A stretch of DNA of 64,000 bases from Cladosporium halotolerans (lineage: Eukaryota). The stretch covers positions 62,001-126,000 of the forward strand of contig NW_027191452.1 of assembly GCF_011745625.1 (NCBI RefSeq). Reading direction: 5' to 3'. The notes beneath the pieces are model-generated. The model made no database searches. It saw only the letters and a list, made by a program, of their open reading frames with translations, and was not told the DNA's origin. The first letter of the stretch is position 1. Every line of letters begins with the position of its first letter. Of the stretch, positions 47,012 through 59,174 are shown piece by piece. The position numbers and the translations under genes were made by a program.

Positions 47012-47909
47012 GGCTGCTGCAGGCTGCCAATCAGCGCCGAGCTTCGTGATCCGGCCGGAGGGCTGAGAGTGGGATGGGTGAAACAGCAGAGAGCCTCCCC
47101 GCGCTGGGCGATGTAGTGCGGTCTACAACAATGACGAGATAGCAATGATCGCTGAGCCTGCGCGACGAGATTGCGACGTATATATAGCACTGCGGGATGG
47201 ATGCCACACGCAGGGTGTAGCGGCGCTCTGCTCTCGTTTGCTCGCTTCGATGACGCCTCAGGCCAGGTGGAACGGCGCTTCGGTCTGCTCTTCATCCGGC
47301 CCACCGCTCGGCCAATCACCGCCCCCGGCGCATCAGGCGAATCTCTCGCCCAAACGGGAATGCATCGCGGTCGCGCCGCAGAACGAATGCGACACCCGCT
47401 CTTCAGGCGGCAGCTCAGCCTGCCCGTCCAGGGCTGTGCTGACGTCCGCCGCTGCAGAGACATGTCGACCTCAGCCCTGCCGCCAGGCGACAACTTGTGC
47501 GCGTCAGTCGCCAGGAGCGGAACAGGATGCGACCGCTCCTCTCTTGCCAGGTATCGATAGTTGATACCGGAAAGGCGCAGGCTGTGAAGACTCGAGCCGC
47601 TCATCGAGTTTGTCAGACGCACCAGCCGAAAGTCCGCTCGCTGGCGCACGCGAGGACAGCATGGGCGGCAGTGCTCATGAAGCATCTCGTCGGATTGTCT
47701 GCGCGTACCGACGCGAATCCATGCAGCACTCGATCACTGAAATTGGTCTCGGGAGAGCGATTGTCGAGTACCTGGGCACGGAAGGTGTAGAGACCTGCAG
47801 CAATCGCTACGGCTCCGCAATCAAAGTCAAAGTCACGTAGGTCTGCGACAAATTGCACAACACCAGCGACTCCTCCTCTTCCAGTCAACCCTACCCTCCC
47901 TGGACACAT

Positions 47910-49024
47910 CTAATAAGCAGTAACATTCCCCTGCAGCGCCGCATAGCTAACCCCATCAACCTGCACCACCGCCCCATGCCTCAGCCCCGCCGGCGTCAAC
48001 CCAACCTCACAAGGCGCGTACGGCACCTCAAAGTCCCCCGTAGAATAACACTCATACCCCTCCCCCCCGTAGTCGTCCTCCAGCAAGTAATACTTCCCCG
48101 GATCCAGGATGTCCCGATACGCCGCGGGTCCCTCGCGCACGCGATCCACCGGCACGCCGATGCGCGTCCAGGCCCCGAACAGCCCCGTGTCCGACCGCTC
48201 GAGCACGACGCGCCGCACCTCCTGCGTGTCGCTCAGGTACCGGAGGTAGGAGGAGCCGCCGAGGTGCTGGATTTCTTGGTCGATGACTGTGGGAGTCGAG
48301 TCGGGGTTCCAGCGCTGCGGGGGAGTGAAGGTTGCGAAGTCGGAGGTGTGCGAGTAGAAGATGAAGGGGCCTGTGGAGGGGCCGGTGTGCGCGGCGTCGG
48401 ATGCGTCGAAGAGGACGGAGGACCAGAAGAGGGCGTACTGGGAGCGCTCGACGTCCCAGATGGCGGAGGGGGCCCAGACCTGTGGGCTTGTTAGGGGATG
48501 GGGCGGTGGGAGACGGAGGGAGGAGATCGTACGTAGCCGGCTGTCGGCGGCATGAGCTCGACGAGGCGCTCGGCGGACCAGGAGACGCCGTCTGCGGAGG
48601 ATTCCCAGACGTAGATGCTTCGGGAGCCGGTGGTTTGGGCGTCGGCCCAGTTCGTTTTGCCGATGTCTAGGTCGGTGGCGAGGACGATGTACTGGAAGGT
48701 TGAAAATCAGATCGGCACTCTTAGAGGAAAGCCGTCTTATCGACTGACCCTCGACTGATCCTGCGCACGAAAAATGAAGGGATCACGAGCACCGCCCGTC
48801 CCTGTCGTAGGGATCAAGGTTGCTCGTCCGCCGTTCAGCGCCTGGAAAGTTGTTGGGCTGTCCGCAGGTGCCGTTAGGAAGAAGACCTGGGGCTCGTCTC
48901 CCTTGAAGGCTGCGAACAAGTAGCCGGCTGGTTGGGATGGATCGCTTGGGTTGCCTTGAGGTAAGGCGTGAGCGAGGATGCCGGACGCGAGGACTGCGCC
49001 GATAACACCGAATTTTGGCACCAT
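47910..49024 (-). CDS. Secreted GH43 glycoside hydrolase, 3 exons
   Basis: Signal peptide; GARDPFI, LATDL, VWAPSAIWD, VIDQEI, EGPAA, RHG motifs; introns 48692-48748 and ~48480-48532. Confidence 0.88.
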
Positions 49025-49195
49025 GACGGAATGTTCGATAGACAGGATTCTGCGTTGTGAGTTGATGTCTTGGGTCGGAACTGGAGATCTCGTCTGATTT
49101 ATAGCCAGGCCTTCAAAGTCGACTTGATATTTGAGATCTCGTGTAACCGCTGTAGTCGGCACTTGAGAATGTGGAGCCGGTGAGTAGCACTACTT

Positions 49196-49287
49196 CGGCT
49201 AAAGATCAGTTGTACTTTAGCTTAAGAACAATCCTATCTGGACCAATTGCGCAGGTTTTCAAGAAGCCGAGGCGTACAGTTTAGCCG
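49196..49287. promoter_or_regulatory. Pair of XlnR-type sites upstream of GH43
   Basis: CGGCTAAA at 49196-49203 and its reverse complement TTTAGCCG at 49280-49287. Confidence 0.55.
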
Positions 49288-50135
49288 TCGTCCTTGACTT
49301 TTCGCTTAGGTTCACGCTATACGAGCGCAGTTGCTAGGAAAATTAGCGTATAGCGTACGTATAGCGTGAGAAGGATACGAGCTCCTGGACACGTGACAAG
49401 GCAGTGAATTGGAATGTATTTGCGCGCAAATGTAAGCCCGGCTTGAGTTGAGTCAAAAACGGCATGGGTATCAGGTTGGATACCAGGAGCTGACGAAACA
49501 CTGGGCATCTGGATTGGCACTCTGGTGCGTGCAAGCGGCGTGCTCATGGTAACCTTACTATTGAGAAAGTAGCAAAAGTCACAAGTCGGGATCATGACCT
49601 TCGTCCAAGTCGACTGCCTTTGCAACCTTTTCTTGGATTTCCGAAACTCTAGTAAGGTATGCATTGATTGCTCGTGTTGTCTCACCTGACCACAAGCTCC
49701 GGTGTCTCCTGCGTTTTGGAGGGGCTCGGACGTTGCCCGATTGTTGTGAGACGTATGCTGCTGGTCGGCAGCTCTACGTTGCCTTTTCTTTCATTTCGCC
49801 CTTTTCGAAAGTTTGATTGTGAACAAGCTGCAGTCTTCGAAATCTAGGTATCGAGAAATGGTTGTCGTCGCCGAGGTCTCTGAACCGCGGGGTCTGATTC
49901 GACTTCGTGGATGGGGATCCTCGAGCTCCACCAGGCGCACCTACCACCTTCTAATGATGAGACGATTCCTCAGAACGCCGACATCTTGCGCAAGCTGCCA
50001 CAATCACCAGCGATGGCGAATGTGAGTCCACGGCCGAGCTCATGTTCGAAAGGACAAGCGGAAGCCTAGCGGTCTCATGGGCGAACTCTCAACGCACCCA
50101 CGGCACCCTGCTGGAGCTCGTGCTCGCAAAGCTCG

Positions 50136-50181
50136 ATGGCGTTATCCGCTCGTGAGGCACGCTCGCCATTGATGGTGCAAT
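50136..50181. promoter_or_regulatory. Two near-consensus CYS-3/MetR sites upstream of the DszC-like gene
   Basis: ATGGCGTTAT (50136-50145) and ATGGTGCAAT (50172-50181), each 9/10 to ATGRYRYCAT. Confidence 0.45.
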
Positions 50182-50295
50182 ATCGATCTGCGAACGGGTA
50201 CATATAATATTCGTTGGAACCCTCTATGATGCGTGCAGGGGAGCTCTTAAAAAAAGACGATCCGGTGATTCTTCATCTTCAAACAAACCGACAAA

Positions 50296-51758
50296 ATGGC
50301 CGCCAAAGCGCCGCGCGAATACACAGACCCCTCGGTGTACGACTCGCACGCCAAAGACTTCCAATCCAAAGCTCTACCCTCCGGCCAGGCGGAATGGATC
50401 GAGCGAGCCAGTCAGGTCGCGCAGATCTTCGCCCAGGATGCGCCGAAGCGTGATATCGAGAACAAGTCGCCCGCGGCCGAGGTCTCTCTGCTCAAAGCCT
50501 CTGGTCTGCTCAAGGTCTTGGGGCCTAAGGAGTATGGGGGCGGTGGTGAGGCCTGGGATACGGGCTACAAGGTCATCCGCGAAGTCGCCAAGGGTGACGG
50601 GTCGCTTGGCATGCTGCTGGGCTATCATTTGCTGTGGTCGACTACGGCTAATGTTGTGGGCACGGAGGATCAAGCGAGGAGCGTACAGAAGGTTATTACT
50701 GAGCAGAATCTGGTATGAACATTCATGCTTTGTCCTCGTCGCGCTATACCAGGAGGCTGACTATCTGCAGTTCATCGGAGGCGCCGTCAACCCCCGCGAC
50801 AGCGATCTCAAAATCACCTCCGACGGCGACGAGATCGTCTTCAATGGCTTCAAGAACTTCAACACCGGCGGCGTCGTCTCCGACCTGACCGTCCTCGAAG
50901 GCGTCCTCGAAGGCACCGAAGACCATATCTTCACCTTTGTCAACACGAGACAAGACGGCATGCAGTACGTCACCAACCCATAACCTCCCTCGTCCCCTCA
51001 TCATACTAACCTCCCCTTCCAGATTCGCCCACAACTGGGACAGCATCGGCCTCCGCCTCACCGAGTCCGGCAGCGTCCGCATAACCAACATCCGCGTGCC
51101 CTGGACCGACGCCCTCGGCTGGGACAGCGCCACCAAACGGCCCCTCCCGCACATCCTCAGCATCCCCTTCGCGACCCTCCTGCTGCCAACGATCCAGCTC
51201 GTCTTCAGCAACTTCTACGCGGGCATCGCGCTCGGCGCCCTCGACGCCGCCGCCGCCTACACGACGCAGCACACGCGCGCCTGGCCCTTCGGCGGCGACA
51301 ACAAGGACCGCCCCACGGACGAGTTCTACATCCTCGAGCGCTACGGCGCTTGGCACGCGCACTTGCTCGCGGCCGCGGCACTGCTCGATCGCGCGGGCGC
51401 GCAGGTCGCGGCCGTCTATCGCGAGGGCGGCCAGCATGGTTCTTCTCTCCTCTCGGACGTGATCAATGGCAGCACGCCGGCGGGCGCGACGCGCGAGGCG
51501 ATTACTGCTGCGAGGCGCGGGGAGCTGGCGGCACTTGTCGTGAGCGGGAAGGTCGTCAGCACGGACGTGGCGCTGGAGGTTACGGCGGGGATTTTCGAGG
51601 CGTTGGGAGCGCGTGCCACGGGCAAGAAGTATGGGTTCGATCGGTTTTGGCGCGATGTGCGCACGCACACGCTGCACGATCCGGTGGCGTACAAGCGGCG
51701 CGAGCTGGGGCGGTGGAAGTTGCTGGGCGAGGCGGCGGAGGCGACGTGGTATACTTGA
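50296..51758 (+). CDS. Acyl-CoA dehydrogenase-fold flavin monooxygenase (DszC/SfnB-like), 3 exons
   Basis: PKEYGGGG, DGSLGMLLGYH, WDSIGLRLTESGSV, GFDRFWRDVRTHTLHDPVAYK; introns ~50713-50770 and ~50965-51022. Confidence 0.88.
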
Positions 51759-51842
51759 GCGCTTGGCGTGGTTCGGTTTCGTAGGATCGATCGTTACGCA
51801 GAGCGGATGGCCGTACTGTACCTTGCTTCGAAAATTGCTTGC

Positions 51843-53491
51843 TCATCCCCCGATCCTTCCCCTCACAGCCCGCATCAGCTCCCTCAGCGCCTTGTCGTCT
51901 TCTCCCCAACAATCCGGATACACCGGACACGGCCCATCGAATTCCTCATCCCAGTCATCCTCGTAAGCCCTCCCGCAATCCTCCCCATCAATACGTCCCC
52001 ACTCCACGCTGCCCTCCAACTCCGTGCGAACCCAAGGCGACGGCCCCGACCCGTACATGAAGAGCATGTAGCGTCCAGGGGGAAGCTTCGCCGGCAGCTC
52101 GGGCGCGGCCCAGAAGGCTGAAGCGACTTCGCTGTTGCCATTCGTGGGCCACCAGAGGCCGTGGCCGAAGGCGAAATGCGTGAGGTGTGGGGCGCCGGTG
52201 CGAAAGGCGTCGAAGTAGGTGTGCCAGCGCGTGGGGTAGTGCCTGGTCGTTTGGTCTTCGGTCTCGGTGAGGGTGTTGCAGACGTTGAGGATCGGGTGGT
52301 GGTTCTCGCTGTGCAGGAAGCCGAGCTTTGAAGTCTGGATTATCGGGCAGTCGTCGAGGGAGAGGGAGCGGAGGGTTGCGGAGTGAGAAAGGATCCAATG
52401 AAGTTGAGAGTCGTGCGTGAAGGTCATGTTGCCTAGGGAGAGGGATTGGAGGCGCGGGAAGTGGAGGGTTTGGAGAGGGCAGTAGGGGACGTAGCCCCAG
52501 TAGGTATCGCAGTCTGTGGTCTGATGTTAGATGGGATGAGGTTGGGGGTTGGGTAGGGTAGCGTACAGATCTTCAGGTGGACGAGTTGGGATTGAAGAGG
52601 TTTAAGCCAGTACTTAATGAGGTCGTAGGTGAAGAATTCATGGCGTTCTGAGATCGAGATCTCGGTTTCGGGCGCGGGATCGTAGGCTTCGGTTGCGACA
52701 CAGAGGTCCAAGGAGTCCAGGCGGGATAGGACGGCTTTGAAGTTCGAGGAGGTGGCGATGTCGGCGTTGACGAGGTCTTGGAGGTGTACAATGGAGAGGC
52801 TGTGGACTTTGTTGGCCGGGTGCTCGGGGTGGTTGAGGGCTGCCAGTAGTTTGGTGAAGAAGGTCTCGCGGTAGTCCGTCCATTCGTGATGGTTGGCTGG
52901 AGCTAGGTCTTCGTTCGAGGGGCCGGATACCTGAGGCTTCAAGTCAGCGACCATTGCAGCTAGATGCAAACGCCAGGTTCACGTGATTTGAACGATTGTC
53001 AGGTTGCAGGAAAGAGCGTCCGGCACCGCAGCCGCTTGACGCCTGTCACCACTCACATCGGAATCATGAATCAGCTCCACGCGTCGCAAATTCTTGAACA
53101 ATCCAATATCTTCCAGCATCACCTTGAAAGTTGTAGATGGCTCGCCATCGATATCAACGCCGTGCTGGTCTCCTTCGGCCCATTCCGGATCGTCCTTGTC
53201 ATGGATGTCCCACGTGAGTTGCTCAATCTGCTCGCTGCGTTGATTGACCCTGAGAGATGCTCTAATCGAAATCGTCTTCACGACCGCGTTCAACTTGTCG
53301 TCTTCAAGGATCGCGCGAGCTTTCTTCGCACTCGTCGTTGTCGGCAACAAATGCACGTTGGAAAAAAGCCGTTTCGCCGCGATTGGTGAGATCCGTCTGC
53401 AAGTCAGACGCAGGGTTTGCGCTACCTGCACACCACTAGAGCAGCAAAGGTCGAGAAGCTCGTCAGGTAAATCAAGCAAGTTCATTATCAT
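51843..53491 (-). CDS. F-box/LRR-like protein, multi-exon
   Basis: LLDLPDELLDL..LRLTCRRI F-box; downstream LSIVHLQD, LRSLSLDDCPI, YPDCWGEDDKALREL segments. Confidence 0.7.
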
Positions 53492-54028
53492 TGATGAATA
53501 TCATTGACATGTCGTTGGAAACAAGAGCATTGAAGCCGACGTTTTGAGTTCAAGCGAAAGCCACTTGCAGTCGCACGGACATCGTCCCGAATCCTTCGCA
53601 GGCTGCAGGCACGGGAAGAGCAGGCAACTAATCCACTCACTTTAATTAAGGACTCTATAAGGGTCTCTATAACGCGGCAGACCCCTGCGTACTGCCTTTC
53701 GGACTTTTACATCAGCTCGGCCACTGATAGACCAACGGAATGCGCCAAAGCCGAAGCGGACCTTACGATCAAACCAACATCCCGCCCACATAGATACCTT
53801 CGCTACAGTCTTTGTAGGCGGGGCTAACCACCGGACAGGACGGAGTAACGGTACGCGAACAAATTCGTCTCGGATTGCCAGATCATTTCTCCCAGAAGGC
53901 GATGCGCAAAGTCCAACACCATCGTCGAGACCCCCAGCTTTATCACGAAACATAGCCACACAGCTGTTGAGACGACTCAAAGCAATCCAAGGGGATATCT
54001 AGCGGGTCGTTCAATCATTCTACGTAAT

Positions 54029-55043
54029 CTAAGCGTACTTCTTGACCATCTTCAGCAGAGCCTCCTCGGTCTCCTTGGGGCTGGTGGCGTTAAGGTAGTG
54101 GCCTCCACCAGGGATGATGGTCAGAGTCGCCTCGGGCGAGCCCGTGAACAGCTTGATGTGCTCGGCCGGGACCTTCGTGCCGAAGACCGGGTCCTGGTCG
54201 CCCTGTAATTAATTCCGTCAGCACAATGACTTCACCGATCGTCTTCCTCCGGACGACAATAGACAATACGCACCTGCAGCCAGTACACGGGGCACTTGAC
54301 ATCGCGCAGCCTGCGCAGCAGGCCGTCGCGCTCCATGAGGTTGATGGTGGCCATGCGCAGCTTCTTGCGGCCCTCGTCGCCGCTGTAGACGTCGCGCACG
54401 GTGTCGTTCCAGAACTGCAGCGTCTCCGCGCTGACGGTGCCGGAGAAGCCGAGCTGCGCGACCATGCCGCGCCAGACCTCGTCGACGACGAAGTTCTCGT
54501 CCGGGACGGACCACTTCTCCAGGAAGGGCGCGAGGTCCTGCTTCGGGTTCCAGCAGCCCTGCTCGCGCGAGGTCGCGGACTCGTAGTCCATGGACGTGCC
54601 GAGGGGGAGCACGCCGAGGATCTGGAGGGGTGGGGGTCAGTTGGGTTGGATGGGATGTTGCCGCATTCGGCTGCTGATCGTACCTTCTCGGGGGCCAGGA
54701 GGGCCATACGCATGACCATCCAGCCGCCTTGGCTGGTGCCCAGGACGAAAGCCTTCTTTACATCGAGGGCTTCCATCACCTGGAGGGCCATGATGGCGGT
54801 GTCCCAGTAGGTGAAGTGCTCGGACTTGGAGCTAGTGGCGCCATGGCCGAGGGGCTCGATGGCGAGGAGGTTGACGGCGTCGGTCAGGGTCTTGCTGGCG
54901 AATTGGTCGTTGTAGAGCGAGGAGGTCGTGCACATGGAGTTGATCAGGACGACGGTGGGCTTCGCGGCATCGTTGCCCGAGAGGCGGTAGCCGGCGCTGA
55001 TGCCGCCCAGGTGAGGCACGTCGATGGTAGTGGTGGCGGCCAT
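54029..55043 (-). CDS. Alpha/beta hydrolase, 3 exons
   Basis: IEPLGHGAT, GTSQGG nucleophile elbow, GGGHYL His motif; introns ~54623-54683 and ~54203-54273. Confidence 0.85.
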
Positions 55044-56494
55044 GCTGGATGCAGTAAGGCCAAGGCGAGGGCGAGGCGAGCAGGAGCGCGGTCTTGGTGT
55101 GAAGCTTGCGGATGTCGGATGTCGAGGCAAGCGAGCTGGTTAGACCGCGAAGAGAAGGAGATGGGCAGTTCCGGCGGCGGCGGATGGAGTTCCTCAGACC
55201 CGATGAGCCATCTGCCTCGACACTACTGACCGCCGGTTGCTGGAGGAGGCCGGCCGAGCAGGGCCTCGGTACGCTGCCAGGCTGCCCCTCTCGCCCCTGC
55301 CATGGCGGCGGGCGGTGGGAGAGCGCTCGTTCAATTAGTTTGTCGTTTAGCTGGCACGCGGTGGACACTGGTGCTCGGCCTAGCAGGAGGCCATGGCAAG
55401 GATGCGGGAAGCTAGCGGGCGGCGGATTGCCCGACTCCCTGCCCGGCAGTGTGCCGTGAGAGCGTCCCACAGCGGACCTGTCGACGTTGGACCGCCGTGC
55501 CGCGCGATCGGCACTAAAGACGCCGTGTAGCGCCAGGCGAGGCGGCTGGCACAATGTCGGGAATGCTTACCTCAGAGGCTCAGCCTTGGCTGCGCAGGAG
55601 CGCGTTTCATCAACCCATGTCCGCCTGCGTAGGCTGCGTAGGGTTGACAGGGCTGCGCAGCCGACACGTGCGCCGCACGAGGAGGGCAGGATCAGGTGGC
55701 ACCCGCGTGAAGGAACTGCCATATTGTGGCGGCACGTGGACGACCAGGTATCGCCGCCCGGCCTCAGACATCGACAGTATAACACGCCTTATACTACTTT
55801 GCATCCCAGGCGATAGAGCGCCTATAGCAGAGAAAAGGCCTTTTCGGCGGCCCGCGGGCCAGCGCGCCGGCGTTTCCCATGCGGCTCGTGACAGCCGGCT
55901 CCGCGCCAGCTCGCGTAAACCTTGGGCGCGACAAGTGCCTTGTCGTCTGCCGATCACCAACGCCCCATTGGCAGCTCGTCCTCTCGAATGGTATCGCACG
56001 CTTTCTATAGGCACCGTTGCGCTGACTAGCCTCCCGCCATCCGAAGATTTGGTCGCCGGAGGGCTTCCGCTTGAATAGCTGAGTGCCTCTCCCTCACATT
56101 TCTCTATCAAAAAATGACGAAAAAGCCTTCATTGTAGCTTAGCCTGATACTAGTAGCCTCAATTCATCGATGCAGTTCTTTTCCCAGACGTATATCAGGC
56201 TACAAATGAGACGAAGAGGGCAAGTGAATGCGAGCCCAAAGCTACGGGAGTACCCGCCGACTATAACTTCGGATGGTCAGAGGCGGCCCTGGCGCGTTGG
56301 GCCAAGGACAAGTCCCGAGTCCAGCTCCCTCCGATGCACAGATCTGGAGAGGGTGGGAGTTTTGCAGGGGAGTCCTGTCCTGTGGATATATGAGGACTCT
56401 TCCCTGGCGAGATCACGCCTGAGCAAGGTCACGTCAATTTCGGTCCTTCCTGTCAGCTTCCTCCATTACTATCACTCCCTTGCAAGGCGGGAAG

Positions 56495-57781
56495 ATGGCA
56501 GAGTCCCAGCTCCCAGGTCTGCCAGGCTTCGACCCGCACAACATACAGCCATGGACCGTCGCCGTCGTGGTCTCGATGACCGTCTTGTCGCTGGTTTCGG
56601 TCGCCCTGCGACTGATCAGCCGTCGCATCAAGGCGCAGTCGCTGTGGTGGGATGACTGGATGATGATATTCTGCATGGTTGGTAGCTTCAATCACCGGCA
56701 AGCAACAACCAACTGACCGACCCAGGGCTGGAACCTCGTCGTCGTCGGCTTCATCTTCGCCATGCACTCCTGCGGTATGGGCAAGCACGCTGATTTGGTC
56801 GATCCGGCGGACGTCGTTATGATGGCCAAATGGCTCATCGTAGCTGAGATCCTGTATGCTTGGTGTTTGTGCTTCATTAAGCTGAGCCTGCTGCTCATGT
56901 ACTACCGCATCTTCCGCGTTCCTTACTTCAAGAAGATGGCGTTGGCAATTGGTGGATTCGTGATCATCTGGGCCGTCACAATCTCCTTCCTTTTCATCTT
57001 CATCTGCGTTCCCGTCGCGAAGGTGTGGAATCCCGCGCTTCCTGGACGATGCATCAACCAGGTCGGCACCTGGATCGCGAACGCAGCCTCCACGCTGCTC
57101 ACGGACATCACCATCCTCCTCATGCCGCTGCCTCAAATTTGGGGCTTACAACTGTCTAAGCGCGAGAAGATTGGTATCACTGCAGCCTTCGGCCTGGGTT
57201 CATTGTAAGTCAAACCCTCGTCGAATCGACCTACGGAGTGATCCCCGGAACTGACCTTCCTTCTCTCCAGCGTCGTTTTCTGCTCCGCTTACCGCACCAG
57301 CGTGCTCTTCACCTACACCGCGACCGATCCCAGCTACACGCTCGCGCCGACCGTCGGCTGGACCGAGATCGAAATGGCCGCCGGCATCATCTCCGCCAAC
57401 CTGCCCACGATGCTACCCGCGCTCAACGTCGTGCTCCGCCGTCTAGGCATTCGCGGCGACTCGCGCAACGGCTCCAACTTCTTCCGCTCGACGAAAGGCG
57501 ACAAGTCCTCCGGCTCGCGCGCGGACATCCTCTCCGAGACCACTGGCGGCAAGAACGTCCGCGAGAGCTTCCACCGCCTCGCCGACGAGTCGGACTCGGA
57601 GTACGCGCGCGCGGGCGCGGCGACGCCGACGGAGTCGAAGCTGAGGCCTGACGCGAAGGGCTACCAGTACACTATCAAGACGACGTCGCGGGGCGACGAG
57701 GACAGTAGCGACGAGATTCCGCTACACGCGATCCGCGTCGAGACGGATTTGAAGTTCGAGCGCTCGGTTGCTAGGAATTGA
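56495..57781 (+). CDS. PTH11-like (rhodopsin-domain, SAT4-family) integral membrane protein without CFEM
   Basis: ALRLISR..WWDDW, GMGKH, IKLSLLLMYYRIF, ICVPVAKVW..GRC, TDITILLMPLP, EMAAGIISANLP; two introns. Confidence 0.9.
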
Positions 57782-58377
57782 TGTGACAGAATGACTACTC
57801 TTTTCGGCTTCTCTCTTTAACGTCCTGGCGGATGAAATGTGTATTAATAGCGACGAAAAAGCAACATGAACGTCTTGTGATCCTCCTGCCATATCACACT
57901 CTACAACAGCAATTCCATCCTTCACATGGAACAAGCAGCCCCGTGCAAACCACCAGTTCCCTCCATTCCCTCTCGACCCCCCACACCACTTTCCGTCCGT
58001 CCCGTCCACTCTGACAGCCCCAACGACACGGCACACTTACACAAGCGCGACATGTCACAGCATCCCTCTGCCCTACCTCGCCCCCGACAATCCCCATCAA
58101 CTCATCACCACCAGAAACGTCAAACCGAACCGCTGTGACATCCTGCCCTGCCCGCGGAGAAAAGGTCCCAAAGCATACTGTAGTCCTGCCACTCCTATGT
58201 ACGGCAACACGCTCTCCCGCGTTCTAGCCTGGAATGGTCCCCTTCCCAAGCCCCTGCGTCGACAAGCGCGAATCCTCCCGTCCCGAGCAAACAGCCATCT
58301 CCGCGGCAGGTGTGGCTCCAATTCGACTTGTGGCGTTGGCGTGGGCGTTGGCGTTTGCGTTCTTCACGAATGTAGTA

Positions 58378-58413
58378 CATAACACGAAAGAAAAGCATAA
58401 CACGAAAGAAAAG
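58378..58413. repeat. Perfect 18-bp tandem duplication (CATAACACGAAAGAAAAG x2)
   Basis: Directly visible; preceded by imperfect TGGCGT hexamer repeats at ~58331-58361. Confidence 0.85.
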
Positions 58414-59174
58414 CCGTTGAGCCTAACTTAGCCCATTGTGCAGAAAGCCGCGAAGCCGCGCTGTTACTGTTTTGTCAGATTCGCTGGTGGGATCCACTCT
58501 GGGACGGGAAGTTTTTGTGGCGCGGTGGAGCGGCGAAGAGGGTTTGGGACGAACTGGTGTTTGTTTGAACTTCGTGAGGATGTAGGAGCTTGCATTTGCG
58601 TAAGCTTGGGGAGTTCGGGGCTTGGTTAGGGTTTGTGTACAGCACAAAGAGGGTTTGGAGGGGGAAGATGGGGACATGAGGTGGTGGGTTGTTGTGGATG
58701 ACGTCACAGGGGAGGACGGGATGGATTATGTACTTAATAATACGAAGCGTATGTGAAGATTGATCTGGAGAAGTTGGTGGATCGCATACTGATTATTTGA
58801 TATTGGTTCAAATGTTAGGACAGATGCGGGATTCGTTCGGTCCAAAGGAGCATTTCTGCCTTACGTGAGGTTCAATTTATTCCATTGTCTCCAGTGATCA
58901 CCTGCGTACGCAATGACATTTTGAGCGCGACGAACATCTTTGCCAAAGGTGTTACTCTAGCTGATTTGACATGTCATGTTGTGAGAGATCGGATGTTCAG
59001 TCGTCGCGAGGCGGACCAACTGTGTAAAAAATTGTGACTTCCGAGAACCAAGACCACGGAATGGTTCATGGCTTTCGATATAAGACACCACCAAGTGACT
59101 TTTTCCTACAAGAAAGTGAGAGCCAACGGCACAGTCCTCGCCGCAACCACCTTATAAATCATCCACCCTCAACT

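Noticed and set aside
49191..49230. U2 snRNA-like string (GGCTAAAGATCAGTTGTA)
   Set aside because: Lacks the GUAGUA branch-pairing sequence and Sm site; better explained by an XlnR box and a short GCTAAAG/CTTTAGC hairpin.
40721..55043. Novel NRPS secondary-metabolite cluster
   Set aside because: The NRPS-like gene has the A-T-R-R architecture of the conserved betaine reductase. There is no condensation domain, cluster TF or exporter, and neighbours carry different regulatory motifs.
58415..58445. RNase MRP CR-V-like ACAAUGGGCUAAG on the minus strand
   Set aside because: No matching CR-I (GAAAGUCCCC-like) partner upstream on the same strand.
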